Below are positions 52,531-62,846 of a stretch of DNA of 64,000 nt, piece by piece. A program made the translations under genes and the position numbers. Source of the stretch: Candidatus Bathyarchaeota archaeon (GTDB lineage: Archaea; Thermoproteota; Bathyarchaeia; Bathyarchaeales; Bathycorpusculaceae); assembly GCA_963768425.1 (NCBI GenBank), contig CAVYHV010000014.1, positions 128,001 to 192,000 on the forward strand, given 5' to 3'. Every line of letters starts with the position of its first letter. The first letter of the stretch is position 1. The notes below the pieces were generated by a model. The model saw only the letters and a list, made by a program, of their open reading frames with translations, had not been told where the DNA came from and made no database searches.

Positions 52531-52719
52531 TTGATTTTTTTCAACTTTTCTATTGTGAGTTCTTCTGGTTTTTCTTCATTCTGTATTGTTTGTTTTCTCT
52601 TCTTTCGTCGCAGACTGTTTTGTTTTGCTCATTTTCTTTTCCTCTACATTTAAATAATATCGTTAAGGAATAGACTTTTTTCTTTTTGGTTATTTGAAAA
52701 AACTAAATTTCCTCTGATC

Positions 52720-52818
52720 TTAACTGCAGCTTGATTCCTCAACCAACAAATTAACACTACGAATTGAGTTCAACCACAAGTTATTCGGATTGCCTTTAAA
52801 ACTAAAAACTGTCCCCAT
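52720..52818 (-). CDS. Possible 32-aa leaderless ORF
   Basis: ATG 23 bp downstream of a TATA that carries the 24-bp element. Confidence 0.3.
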   Translation of the reverse strand: MGTVFSFKGNPNNLWLNSIRSVNLLVEESSCS

Positions 52819-52852
52819 ACGATCTAATGTTTAAAAAATCTATTTAAACGTC

Positions 52853-52876
52853 TGTGACTGTTAAGTACCATCCACA
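52853..52876 (-). promoter_or_regulatory. 24-bp element, copy 1
   Basis: TGTGAC TGTTAA GTACCA TCCACA next to TATTTAAA. Confidence 0.7.
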
Positions 52877-53047
52877 ATAAGGGTTAGCTCTTATTTTGTT
52901 TCTTTCTTTGCTACAATTTGTTTCTTATACGATTCGCGCAAACAAGAATAACAAGACATTAAGTCTGACCCTCCTTCACCTGAATTACCAAAAAATAGAT
53001 AATGAAAAAATTGAAGTAGGATCAAATTCATTTATAGGCATCGTATA

Positions 53048-53363
53048 TTACGTTTTCTTAATCATCACTGCAATAAGTCCAATTAGTCCTCCGAGAACAA
53101 CAAGCATTCCGCCAAGTCCACCGCCAATGATTCCAACGATTATGAGTACGATTGCCCAAACGATGATGTGTTACGCTTTTTGAGCCAATGATCGCGATGA
53201 TACCACAAATGATAGAAACAATTCCGAAGTAAGCGAAGCCAAACGATATAAATGATCCAAAGTAACTGAAATCATAACCAATGAGCGAAAGCAATCCGAA
53301 AATTACCAGCAGTATTCCGCCAATGAACGCTAAGTAGTAGGCTATTCGAGAAATTTCTGACAT
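53048..53363 (-). CDS. Gly-rich 4-TM small membrane protein (frameshift ~53168)
   Basis: GGAGGTGA RBS; hydrophobic helices continue in the other frame (IVWAIVLIIVGIIGGGLGG..). Confidence 0.7.
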
Positions 53364-53590
53364 ATTCAAATTCACCTCCCTCAATCACTAAGTAAGGGCT
53401 TAAGATTCAGTTTAGGGCAGGCATATCCTGAATTTTAGACGCAAAGCACTTTTCACTTGCTTTGGCTTGAGACGAATTTTGCATAGTCTGACGCCTTATT
53501 GATCATTTTTCCGAAGGAGATATTTTAGGAGCAGAATCTGTGTTGCTTGCAGAATCTTTGTTTGTTGTTTGGTTAACGTTTTTTTTGGCG

Positions 53591-53749
53591 TTATATTCTT
53601 CGTCCTGAAACTAATCGGACAAGTATTATGAGGATGGCGATGACAAGAAGCAACCAAATGATGGCACCAAGATTGAAGAAGACAAAACCAAGAAGCCACA
53701 GAATGATAAGGATTGCAGCAACTACGAAAAGTAAATCAAGTAAGCCCAT
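53591..53749 (-). CDS. lmo0937/DUF5670-like membrane microprotein (52 aa), not in ORF track
   Basis: MGLLDLLFVVAAILIILWLLGFVFFNLGAIIWLLLVIAILIILVRLVSGRRI. Confidence 0.85.
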   Translation of the reverse strand: MGLLDLLFVVAAILIILWLLGFVFFNLGAIIWLLLVIAILIILVRLVSGRRI

Positions 53750-53799
53750 TTTTCAAAAACCTCACTTACAATTAACTCGGCAGAGCCTATTTTAAGATG

Positions 53800-53823
53800 T
53801 GTGACTGTGGATAACCAGCCACA
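53800..53823 (-). promoter_or_regulatory. 24-bp element, copy 2
   Basis: TGTGAC TGTGGA TAACCA GCCACA next to TATTTTAAG. Confidence 0.8.
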
Positions 53824-54238
53824 GCTTTAGCGTGTTATTTACTCTTTTGGAATCACAAATGTGAGTTTTTGAATTGTTTCCGGGTTCAATTTATTTCAAA
53901 CGTCAAGATAGTATTTTGTTTGTTTAATTGGCTATAGTTAGATTTTTTGAGAATTTCTTTAATGAAAAGAGAGAAGCAAAAGTCACTATGAAAAACATTC
54001 AACAACTAAGACAATCAAACGCACGAGTTGTTAAATTTAAATATTAAAAAGGTATACCTGAAATTTAGTCATCCGACGAGAATGATTGAAGAATTTTAAG
54101 CTCAAATGAGTTGGACTTGAATTGCGAGAATGCGGTATTTGTAGTTAATTGATCTGCAATAATTGAAAACATGTTAAAAGTGGAGTTAATGCGCCGGCTA
54201 GGAACCGTGTCTGTAACTGACGAATTCTGAGGCTGATC

Positions 54239-54944
54239 TCATAAAGGATTGCGAGCTGATTCTAGGAAAATTCTTTTAAGAATGGTCGCGCCATCGCTTA
54301 CCTTCAATTTTTTCTCTCCAAGTCTCATTCTATACTTAATAGGTACTTCAACAATTCCAAAGCTTCTTCGTTCTACTTCACTATTTAGTTCCACTTCTAT
54401 ATCAAAACCTTTTGACTTTACATGCCAATCTCTTAGGATTTCAGCGCGAATTGCCCGCAGTCCTGTCAGCGGATCTTGCATGTTTACCCCATTGAGTAAG
54501 CTATGAGAGAAAGCTAAAAGCTTGTTTCCCAAATAGAACAAGTTACGCAATGCACTTCTCTTCGGCGTAGCCATTAAACCTGTTTCCGCAAACCATGCCG
54601 ACCTCTGGGTGGTTATCGAGAATCTGGATCATTTTAGGGATATACTCCGCAGGATAAGTGAAGTCCGCATCTGTAACAACAACATAGTCTACATCGGAAT
54701 CTATGTACCTCATAGCTTTCAAGATGGCGTCGCCTTTTCCTAAGCCATCCTGAAATAGAATGTGTGCACCCAAATCTTTGGCAATTTCAACTGTCCGATC
54801 ATTGCTGTGCCCATCAACCACTAAAATCTGGTTAGGATTAATGTTTTGCGAAATCTCCTTTAACGTAAGACCTATACCTTCCTCTTCATTCAACGCTGCA
54901 ATTACGACGTCAGCGGAACATCTACTATCAAACTCTTTACTCAA
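54239..54944 (-). CDS. GT2 glycosyltransferase, DPM synthase-like (frameshift ~54560)
   Basis: AALNEE, VVDGHSND, TDADFTYP, DPLTG, FDIEVE, RLGEKKL. Confidence 0.88.
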
Positions 54945-55134
54945 TTAGTTCTTCATCTTAAGCTATTTTTCAAGTTAACTGACATGTTTAACCAATTTTT
55001 CTTTTTCAAAAGTGGACTAAAATTACAAAAAAGAGAGTTCGAATGAATAAATTAAGTCTCAACGCTCATTTACCCTTCTTTATGGCTCGTGATTTGAGCT
55101 ACTTTATATATAGTCATTGGCAGAGTTAAACTCG

Positions 55135-55158
55135 TGTGACTGTGAGCTCACACCGACA
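55135..55158 (-). promoter_or_regulatory. 24-bp element, copy 3
   Basis: TGTGAC TGTGAG CTCACA CCGACA next to GTTAAA. Confidence 0.8.
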
Positions 55159-55242
55159 TTCTGACTTTTATGTTGAGCTAAATAGTCCAAGTGCTGTGAT
55201 GAAACTGAAACTCGAAACTAAAGAAGAAATGATTGCTTCAGA

Positions 55243-56030
55243 TTAGTCTTCAGCTTTTTTCCAGTCGGATTCAAAACCTGTTCTGAGTACGCCTATAAGG
55301 TTGCTGTTGTTTGTCCAAAGAGAAGGACTTTCGCCTAATCCCGTTTCTTTAGAGGTAGTAATCAATGCTTCTTTATCATCAGACATTATGAAGTGATTCA
55401 AAGGTTCACGATGAAACTTGACATGAACCGAAGTGCCATCGATAAGTTTTTTCACTTTTTCTTTGAGCAAAACGTCAGGGCTTTCTCCTTCAAAAATTAG
55501 TCAAATCTGAGCTGCCTTTCTTTATTGCTTGCTTACATTCATCTGAAAACTGAGACAAAATCGGTATAATTCTTGCCTTGTCTGCAATCAACGCGACTTC
55601 TTTTCTCGAGTTTCTAATCAGTTCTGAAGTCTTTGCTAAAATTGCTTTCTTTTCCGCTATCAGTATGTAGATGCTTTCTTCTCCAGGAACCGGCTGTTTC
55701 CAATCCTTAAGGGACAGCCTCTGGACACTACTCCTCATACCCGTCAACCGATCATCAGATTTGTCTTTTTTCTTCCGCCACCAGAAAGCTTAAGGCATCC
55801 GAAATAGGAGTAGCCCGGACCTCAGCTGGTTTACCCATTAATCTTTCAATCAGGCCCATTTTTTCAAGTGACGGCAAAATTCTATAGACGTCTTCTCTGC
55901 GCACTTTTGAAAACTTCGCTACTTGTCCTACCGTAGTTTTTTCCAGCTTAAGTATTGCTAAGTAAACCCTTGCCTGATTAAGACTCAAACCCAAACCAAG
56001 CAAAAGATCCGTGTTTTCATCGTTTGACAT
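55243..56030 (-). CDS. TrmB-family regulator (three fragments from frameshifts)
   Basis: LGLSLNQARVYLA..SKVRREDVYRILPSLEKMGLIE wHTH; C-terminal FIMSDDKEALI..LWTN..FESDW. Confidence 0.85.
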
Positions 56031-56069
56031 TCTCTATTCATGCAATATAAAGATAGCTATCTAATATAT

Positions 56070-56552
56070 TTATTCAATTGGTATATCACTCTGCTTGATT
56101 AGGTAGATATCAGATCCAACTAGTCTCATACTAATAGTTTCTTTTTTAAATTTAGTATACTCTGGAAGTGTAGCCATCTTAACTCCCTTAATGATGATCT
56201 CCTTTCCTTCTTTGGTCTTCTTTACTTCTTTCTTAGATAGATCATAGCCATGTGTACGTGCAAATTCCTTTAAATATCGATCAAGTATTGGATAGACCTT
56301 TCTTACCAGTGCTTTCCTCTCTTTCAGATTTAGATTACTAAAGTTCTCTAATTGGAACACTTTCTCAAGGTTTAATCTATAGGCATTCCTTGACATCTTA
56401 CCTACTAGCTTTATAGCAGCAGCTAGATTAGAGTATTTAGGTTCTTTTCCTTTCCTTATAGTCTTTATTGATTCCACAGGTACGATATCAGCGAATAACT
56501 CTTCCTTAAGTTTACTTAGCTGTATCTTTATCTGTAGTGTTATCTGTAGCAT
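56070..56552 (-). CDS. Basic hypothetical protein
   Basis: 160-aa Lys-rich ORF in an AT-rich segment. Confidence 0.5.
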   Translation of the reverse strand: MLQITLQIKIQLSKLKEELFADIVPVESIKTIRKGKEPKYSNLAAAIKLVGKMSRNAYRLNLEKVFQLENFSNLNLKERKALVRKVYPILDRYLKEFARTHGYDLSKKEVKKTKEGKEIIIKGVKMATLPEYTKFKKETISMRLVGSDIYLIKQSDIPIE

Positions 56553-57227
56553 TAATTAAAGAATCAGACTCTAGTCTTTTTTTCTTTTCTCTTCTTTATT
56601 TTTGACATTTCAAAGCCATAGGATACTATTCTCTATACTGTGGTACTTAAGCATATGGATATGGTCTACATTGCTTAGACAACAAATAGAGTATAGAAAA
56701 AGACTCAGGATATTTTACTAAACTGTCGGATCTGTTGTTAAACTACATATCGCGCGCAGCATGTCAGAGGAATTGATCCCTTTCTGCTTTGTTCGCGTGT
56801 CAATATTATGTTCGATGGGAGGAGCACTTTTTCCAGTTCTTTGAGACCTTTGAGTACTAAAACACCTCGGGGAGTAATCTCGTAGACAATTCTTCCTTCC
56901 TTTACAGACTCTCTCCAATTAAACCCTGTTTGAATAGAACCTCGACAAATTCACTGAATGTTTTGGAGTTGACGAACCTTTTGCATGCATTTATATCTAA
57001 AATTTTTAGCAATTTTCAGAAAATTGCAAGGCTATATCCGTTTTTCGAATATTTGATTTGTCTTGATTTTGAAGGTTTCTCTTGTTAAAGAAGGAGAAAA
57101 ATTTGCTTAGTAATCTGAAGGAGGTTCAACTAAAATCCGATGGAAAAATTTTGAGACGTGTGTTATAGCAATTTCAGAATTACTTAATCGATTGCTCTAT
57201 TCGATTTAAATAAAAGGGATATTCGGC

Positions 57228-57569
57228 TTACGAGAGTACGAAGCCGATGATTATGCCTATTACGAATCCAATGCTTAGTGGTAGTATGCCTATGATGAGT
57301 GCACCGTATTGATACACAATTGACCCGTATTGAGTTGCATAATTTTTCAACGAACTAAGACTTAAACCGAAAAAGCCGAAGTAGGCAACTACGAAGAGTA
57401 TAATTGCAGCTATAATGGCAATCTTTAGGAATAAATGGATTAGATACCCCACAATCAATCCGACGACAAATATTATTATCATTAAGACAATGGGTGGCAA
57501 ACCACCTATGCTTCCAGAAGTAATAAAATGAAATACTTGATCTATCGCGCCCAAAATCCACAACTCCAT
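57228..57569 (-). CDS. Small multi-TM protein, FUN14-like pattern
   Basis: GLIVGYLIHLFLKIAI..LPLSIGFVIGIIIG. Confidence 0.75.
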   Translation of the reverse strand: MELWILGAIDQVFHFITSGSIGGLPPIVLMIIIFVVGLIVGYLIHLFLKIAIIAAIILFVVAYFGFFGLSLSSLKNYATQYGSIVYQYGALIIGILPLSIGFVIGIIIGFVLS

Positions 57570-57608
57570 CAATTAAGTTAATAGAGTTTAAAATAGCTAT
57601 TAAACTTG

Positions 57609-57633
57609 TGTGAGCTGTAGCCCCACATCAACA
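57609..57633 (-). promoter_or_regulatory. 24-bp element, copy 4 (1-bp insertion)
   Basis: TGTGAGC TGTAGC CCCACA TCAACA next to ATTAAA. Confidence 0.7.
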
Positions 57634-57723
57634 AAGCGTTATGCTGCTTGAAAAGTCAAGGTATGATTCAGAGCCCAAAAACTGTGAGATTATTCTATAA
57701 GCAAAACCTGGTTGATGCTCAAA

Positions 57724-57747
57724 TGTTGCTGTGGCTTCACAGTCACA
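57724..57747 (+). promoter_or_regulatory. 24-bp element, copy 5
   Basis: TGTTGC TGTGGC TTCACA GTCACA, 5 bp, then TTAATT. Confidence 0.8.
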
Positions 57748-57794
57748 CACACTTAATTCTGCAATAAACGACCTTTAGATGGAAGGTGATAGGA

Positions 57795-57932
57795 ATGCCT
57801 GAAGAGAAGAAAAAAGTTGAAAATGCTGCTGAAAAAACTGGAGAAGCAGTCGGCAAAGGCATCAAGAAAGGTGCTAAAGCAGTCGAGGACTTCGGGAAAG
57901 GAATAAAGAAAGAACTCAAGAAAAAAGAATAA
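57795..57932 (+). CDS. LEA/hydrophilin-like microprotein (45 aa), not in ORF track
   Basis: GGTGA RBS; MPEEKKKVENAAEKTGEAVGKGIKKGAKAVEDFGKGIKKELKKKE. Confidence 0.85.
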   Translation: MPEEKKKVENAAEKTGEAVGKGIKKGAKAVEDFGKGIKKELKKKE

Positions 57933-58253
57933 AGACAAAATCTCCTGTGGAAAACCCGAAGAAGCGGCGAATCTTGTAGACTGGACGAGAAACTGGCGAA
58001 AACAATTCTGAGAATACAGTTTAGCGCATAACCTGTTCTTCAGAAAATATTTAGTAGCTGCCACTCGCAGTTTCCTGTTCTTCTTTTCTATACTAGCTCT
58101 TCTTCTTCCTTAAATCGTTTCGGTCGGGGGTCTATCTCTACAGTTTAGACTCAGGCAGCTCATTCTCGATCTCTTTTTTCCAATTCTTCAAGATTTTTGC
58201 AGCGAATGCATACGTAACGCTTCTGGTTTACTTGAGATACTGTTTACCTGACA

Positions 58254-58602
58254 TCAGAGCGTTTCTACTTCAACCTCTTTATCATTCAGCATTCTCATGA
58301 ATCGTCCTCCTTCGTGAACTATCTCTCCTACAATTGCCTTATTGGTCTCCAAGAATAAGTGCCATGCATTTATGCAGGTCTCTATTACCAAGTAAACTTT
58401 CTGATACGATTGAGAAATAACATGCAATCGTATTTCTGCTACTCGATTGTTCAACTCTTCCTGTTTCGTGAAATCCATGGATTTCCCTATAACCTCCGTC
58501 ATTTCAATCAGACTTTTTTTTTATAATTTGCCTGTCCCTATTTGAAATTCCGATTTTTGTACACCAAAGTAGTTGGTAACCTTCAAGGGAAAATTTGCTC
58601 AA
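58254..58602 (-). CDS. Hypothetical protein (A-run frameshift ~58518)
   Basis: GGTGA RBS and TTG; removing one A from the 9-A run joins it to the 82-aa ORF. Confidence 0.5.
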
Positions 58603-58996
58603 CAAACATCACCTATACAATACATGTAACTGGCAATTATTAATTAGCTTATTCTTTATTTTCGTTTCACTCTAAATAGTTGTAGTTGGTGCTTTAACCA
58701 CAAGATTACCTGATTTTCAGCTCGGTGTCGCTTTTTGTTGTTGGCAACAGCAGAATAAACATTGGACTGAGCAGAAGCCCTAACCGGAAACGAATAACCG
58801 TTTCGTTACAATTTATAGAAAACCATTGAGAATACCCTTCAGGGCTTGTAACTTCTTGAAAAAATCGCAAGTTTTTCTTCTGAATAAAAGCATAAGCATC
58901 AGAATCTCCAATAGTCCCCTGCTCGGCCGCAAAAAACAGAAAACAAAAAGCTGCTAAACTACAACAGTTTAATTGAATGTCTGGGAGAAAGGCCAC

Positions 58997-59782
58997 TTGG
59001 CGATTATTGCTGTTTCAGACTTGCACCTAGGATTCGATGCCTCTGACAAGGCTGCGTTTACCCGCTTCCTCGGAAACCTTCAATCCGACCCCAGCGTTAC
59101 AGACCTCGTCCTTCTCGGCGACATCGTGGACATGTGGAGACGAGATTCATCAGGCATTTTCCTCGAGAACCATGATGTTCTCGACCTTATCAACGAACTA
59201 CAAGAAGAAGATGCGCATATATTACGTTGCAGGAAACAATGATTTCCACGTCCGCAAGCTACAAGGCCTAGGATACCCAATCAACTTCATTAATGGACCT
59301 GAAGCTTCAGCAAGACGGCCTGAATCGCAGGTTTGTTCACGGCTGGGAGTTTGACGAGATGCAGAGGAAGCACTTCATGGAATCGCTGTGCCACTCAATG
59401 TCTGATCAGAAGGGCGAACGCGACACTAACATTTGGGCTGCTCTTGGCCGTTACGAAAATGACCTGTCTCGTTTTTTCTCCATGATTGATCGGGGAAGAA
59501 AACGCCAAATCGCTGAGATGTTCCGGCTAGGTCCAGAGCAGAGGCTCATAGAAAACCTGAAAGGTGTAGAAAGAAAGGCCCGTTCCACAGTTCAGCCCAG
59601 GGAAGTTCTTGTCTTCGGGCACACCCACAGACCCTTCGTGAACAAGGCCGAGAACCTCGCAAATACCGGCTCATGGGTTACAGACTGCGCCTATCCACAA
59701 TACATATGTGCGGATAGAAGGTGGCAAACCCAGGCTATTCGTGTTCAAAGGAGCCGAGATAACGGAAAGAGCCGACATCTAA
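58997..59782 (+). CDS. Calcineurin-like metallophosphoesterase (LpxH-like), several frameshifts
   Basis: SDLHLG, GDIVD, GNND, VHG, FGHTH, NTGSW spread over different frames. Confidence 0.85.
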
Positions 59783-59854
59783 CTATCACTTCCATTTTTC
59801 TGCGGCTAAGAGTATGCGCGCTGCCCTGTTCTGATATTATGTATTGAAGTAGGC

Positions 59855-60240
59855 AGGTCTCTTCTATGATCTTGTTTAGGTTGTCTTCTCCAACTTTTCG
59901 GATGAACCTGCTAAGAACACTTCTTGTGTAGCCTTTCTCATCTTTCTTGATTAAACACAGTTTTCTAAGCCTTGGATCGGTGTCGAGTAGGCATGTCATT
60001 TCGCTTAGACTGCGAACACCCTTCATGCACATGACAATGAAGGTTCTGAAAAGTCCCAGGGGATTTCTGGAGGGACTGCCTGGCCCAGAAGAGTGAAAGC
60101 AATCTTTCAAAACGTTTTGTGCAAAAATTAGGTCGATATTTTCAAAGAGAATTTCAAGAATTTTATGTTCATCTTGTCCCGCCAGAATGCAGCGCCTAAG
60201 CTTGGACTCAAACTCGTAAAATACGATAGTCCAATTACTC
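59855..60240 (-). mobile_element. Truncated IS transposase N-terminus (DUF772-like; IS5/IS1182/IS4-type)
   Basis: GPGSPSRNPLGLFR..GVRSLSEM..LRKLC..YTRSVLSRF; no DDE domain. Confidence 0.65.
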
Positions 60241-60269
60241 TTATTAATTTAAGGACAAGCCAGCGCGCT

Positions 60270-60293
60270 TGTAGTTGTAGTTCTACAGTCACA
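60270..60293 (+). promoter_or_regulatory. 24-bp element, copy 6
   Basis: TGTAGT TGTAGT TCTACA GTCACA, 5 bp, then TTAAGTA. Confidence 0.8.
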
Positions 60294-60351
60294 AACCGTT
60301 AAGTAGAATTGAAAAGACATTGGGTCAGTCATACGAGAGGTGATTGGATAA

Positions 60352-60471
60352 ATGAGGTTTTTGCATAATAACAAAGGTGGTTTAGGTAGTTGGCTCTGGT
60401 CCGCTATTGTAGTAGTAGTATTAATAATAGTTCTTATCGTTGTTTTGAGATTTCTTTTTCATTTGATATAA
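60352..60471 (+). CDS. 39-aa single-TM microprotein, not in ORF track
   Basis: GAGGTGA RBS; MRFLHNNKGGLGSWLWSAIVVVVLIIVLIVVLRFLFHLI. Confidence 0.75.
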   Translation: MRFLHNNKGGLGSWLWSAIVVVVLIIVLIVVLRFLFHLI

Positions 60472-60530
60472 AGGGAAGCTAAGATAAAGATTACAACCTA
60501 ATCTTTAGCTTACCCTATCTGTTTGTTTTT
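60472..60530 (+). terminator. Hairpin followed by T-rich tract
   Basis: AGGGAAGCT..AAAGATTA/TAATCTTT AGCTT ACCCT, then T runs. Confidence 0.5.
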
Positions 60531-60789
60531 TATGTTGTTGTGTCGTTTTGTGTGTGTGGATTAAATTTTAATCTTTCTCTCTCTGAAACTTACGAATTAC
60601 TAAACTTAACGACGACCTTACTCTCACTGTACTAACCCTTAAGCAAACCCACAACTACACGAAGCGACACCCAAAAGACGGAAAAGACAGTGAGACCTCC
60701 GCTTAGCAGTTGTGCAGTAGTTCTTCGATCTCTTGAAAAACTATTTCAACTGACTATCGGAAGCCTTGAACAGCTGGTTTTACGCTTTG

Positions 60790-60954
60790 TTAGAGTTTTC
60801 TTTTGGCTTTGCCTAAGTCTTCTTCGATTTTCCCTTTTACTTTCTCAGCTTCGCCCTTAATTATTTGACCTGTGTTGCCAGTAATTTTGGCCCCGCCTTC
60901 GCGGATTTTGCCTTGGTCCTTTTTGAGTTTACCTTTAACTTCTTCTTCGCTCAT
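60790..60954 (-). CDS. csbD: CsbD family (UPF0337) stress protein (54 aa), not in ORF track
   Basis: MSEEEVKGKLKKDQGKIREGGAKITGNTGQIIKGEAEKVKGKIEEDLGKAKRKL; GGTGA RBS. Confidence 0.88.
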   Translation of the reverse strand: MSEEEVKGKLKKDQGKIREGGAKITGNTGQIIKGEAEKVKGKIEEDLGKAKRKL

Positions 60955-61000
60955 AAAATTTCACCAAAAGAATAGAGTCTCTGCGATTTTATTAAGCGTA

Positions 61001-61024
61001 TGTGTATGGTGCTTAACACTCACA
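61001..61024 (-). promoter_or_regulatory. 24-bp element, copy 7 (degenerate)
   Basis: TGTGTA TGGTGC TTAACA CTCACA next to ATTAAG. Confidence 0.7.
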
Positions 61025-61791
61025 ATGATGAACATAGCCTTCGCAATGTACGCTGATCAACGATTGCTTTTGGGCCTTCCAAAAACTTACATCATAGAAG
61101 GGAAGAAGCCTATTCACGATTAAGCTAATCATCAGAACATATAAACAATAAATAATTTCTGGGTTGACTTGTTCTTTGTCACAACCCGCGGAAGGCCTTT
61201 GCCCTTGCAGTGTACGCTGAGTTAACTACCATCACAATACAAGCGCGCCTATCAGCATAATAAGGCCTGCAGTTAAGGATGAACATAAAGTTAAAGTAAT
61301 AGCATAATAACAATCACCTAAGCTTTCATCAGCAAGATATGCAAATCATCTTATTATTCCGAGAAGTGTTCCGAGACCAAGATACATTATCATGTCCCAA
61401 TTTGTAAAATTGTAAGCACAGAAAGAAACGCCAAGTGCCATTGTGTTAGCGAATGTTATTAGTCTGCGCGCGTGCTCACAATAAATTAACGTTACATACA
61501 ATTACAGAAGTGCGTGCCGGCCTGTTGCAGAATTCCAAAGAAAGAGAGATTTTGATAAATTTAGGTTTATTCTTGATATTCATCTGGATTCTTTTGACAG
61601 GAAGATATTTGATATTCTCAAAGAGAAAGATCAGCTTCTCACCCTACCCGAGTTAGGAGAGGACTCAGAGTTTGCCTTTCAACTGTCATGATCCATCTGG
61701 AGTGGCTTGGTCTAACCATATCTACAGAATATTCTATGATTTGTTTCATAAGTATGAGCGCATTCTCAATTCGTCAGGGAGAAGTCTGCAG

Positions 61792-62569
61792 TTAAGATTT
61801 CGTTGAGTTGGCGATGCGATTTTGAACCGTTTCGGATAGCTTTTTCCTCAAGTTTTCATCGTCGTGGGTCCATACATTGATCTGGTCAATTCTCTTAAGC
61901 TAGTTCTTCATCACCAATAACGTTTATGAACCATCTTTGAAAGTCTTGACGCTGAAAATGAAACGTGACAGACTGAATGGGTACTATTTGGAGTTTTTCG
62001 GCGAACTCAATTGTGTTACTTGCAGTTATTCCAGTATTTTTTCCGAGCGCAATGTAAAATTGAAAGCTTTTTTCAAAGGGAACGGTGTTGATTAGGTTTA
62101 GCGGTAGGAATGGAGTATTCAACTTTTTCCCCAGCTCTATCGCCCATTCCTTCACTCTACCCATGTTCAGATCGTCCATGATGGTTCTATTTTGGCTAAT
62201 CATGCAGCCTCCAAAACCAGCAACGTCAATAAGCTTGAGAGACTTATTTTTAGCCAGTAATTTTTTTTGGTTGGCTTCAGTATTTAGCGCTTTCGCGTCT
62301 TCCTTATTCTCGCATAAGAAATAGAGCGCGACATTTTTGCCTTCAAAGTCCTTCTCCATAAAATCCACAGCTTCGTTGTAAACGCTGTTTCCAGCCCCAC
62401 CGCCAACAATAATGTTTTGGAATGATGCAATGTCCGCTGGACCCTTGCTAAGATCCGCGAGAGTTGCATCCATGTTGTAGGTTGTTTTGAGGGTGTCAGC
62501 TATGGTATGTGCTACTTGTTCATTTAATCCACTTATTGTCGAAAAAACTATTAGGGTTTTTCCCGTCAT
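61792..62569 (-). CDS. Flavodoxin-like domain fused to DUF5752-like domain (frameshift ~61895)
   Basis: TLIVFSTISG..VAHTIA flavodoxin start; SFQFY..EFAEKL..SVTFHFQRQDFQRW..GDEELA(KRI). Confidence 0.8.
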
Positions 62570-62622
62570 TGTTCTTCACTTTCCTTATATCACATTTAAC
62601 ACGCACGCTTAATTTTAAGATG

Positions 62623-62646
62623 TGTGACTGGGAATAAACAGCTACA
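62623..62646 (-). promoter_or_regulatory. 24-bp element, copy 8
   Basis: TGTGAC TGGGAA TAAACA GCTACA next to TTTTAAG. Confidence 0.8.
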
Positions 62647-62846
62647 CCTGCACTGGCGATTGCGTTAAGTAAGCTTTTTTTATGTTTAGCTTCTGCCCAT
62701 CTTGCGAGTAAGGTTATTGACACCTTCTTGTTTATCATACATGAGCTTCAAACTTTTGTCTTAAATAGCGAAATTAAGTGAATAAGCTAAAATATGCCAT
62801 TAAAATATGTTTGAATATTCTTGCACTATGACTATTTATTCAATTT

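Noticed and set aside
58681-58702. 22-bp near-copy TGTAGT TGGTGC TTTAACCACA
   Set aside because: Two bases short with a poor TATA core; possibly a decayed site, not counted
58958-58972. ACTACA-N5-TTAA before the phosphoesterase
   Set aside because: Only the proximal hexamer matches
11390-59782. Programmed frameshifting or phase variation as the cause of split genes
   Set aside because: Indels hit unrelated genes with no shared slippery site; sequencing error is simpler
61250-61790. Hydrophobic ORF fragments
   Set aside because: Multiple stops and no assignable family; possibly a decayed gene
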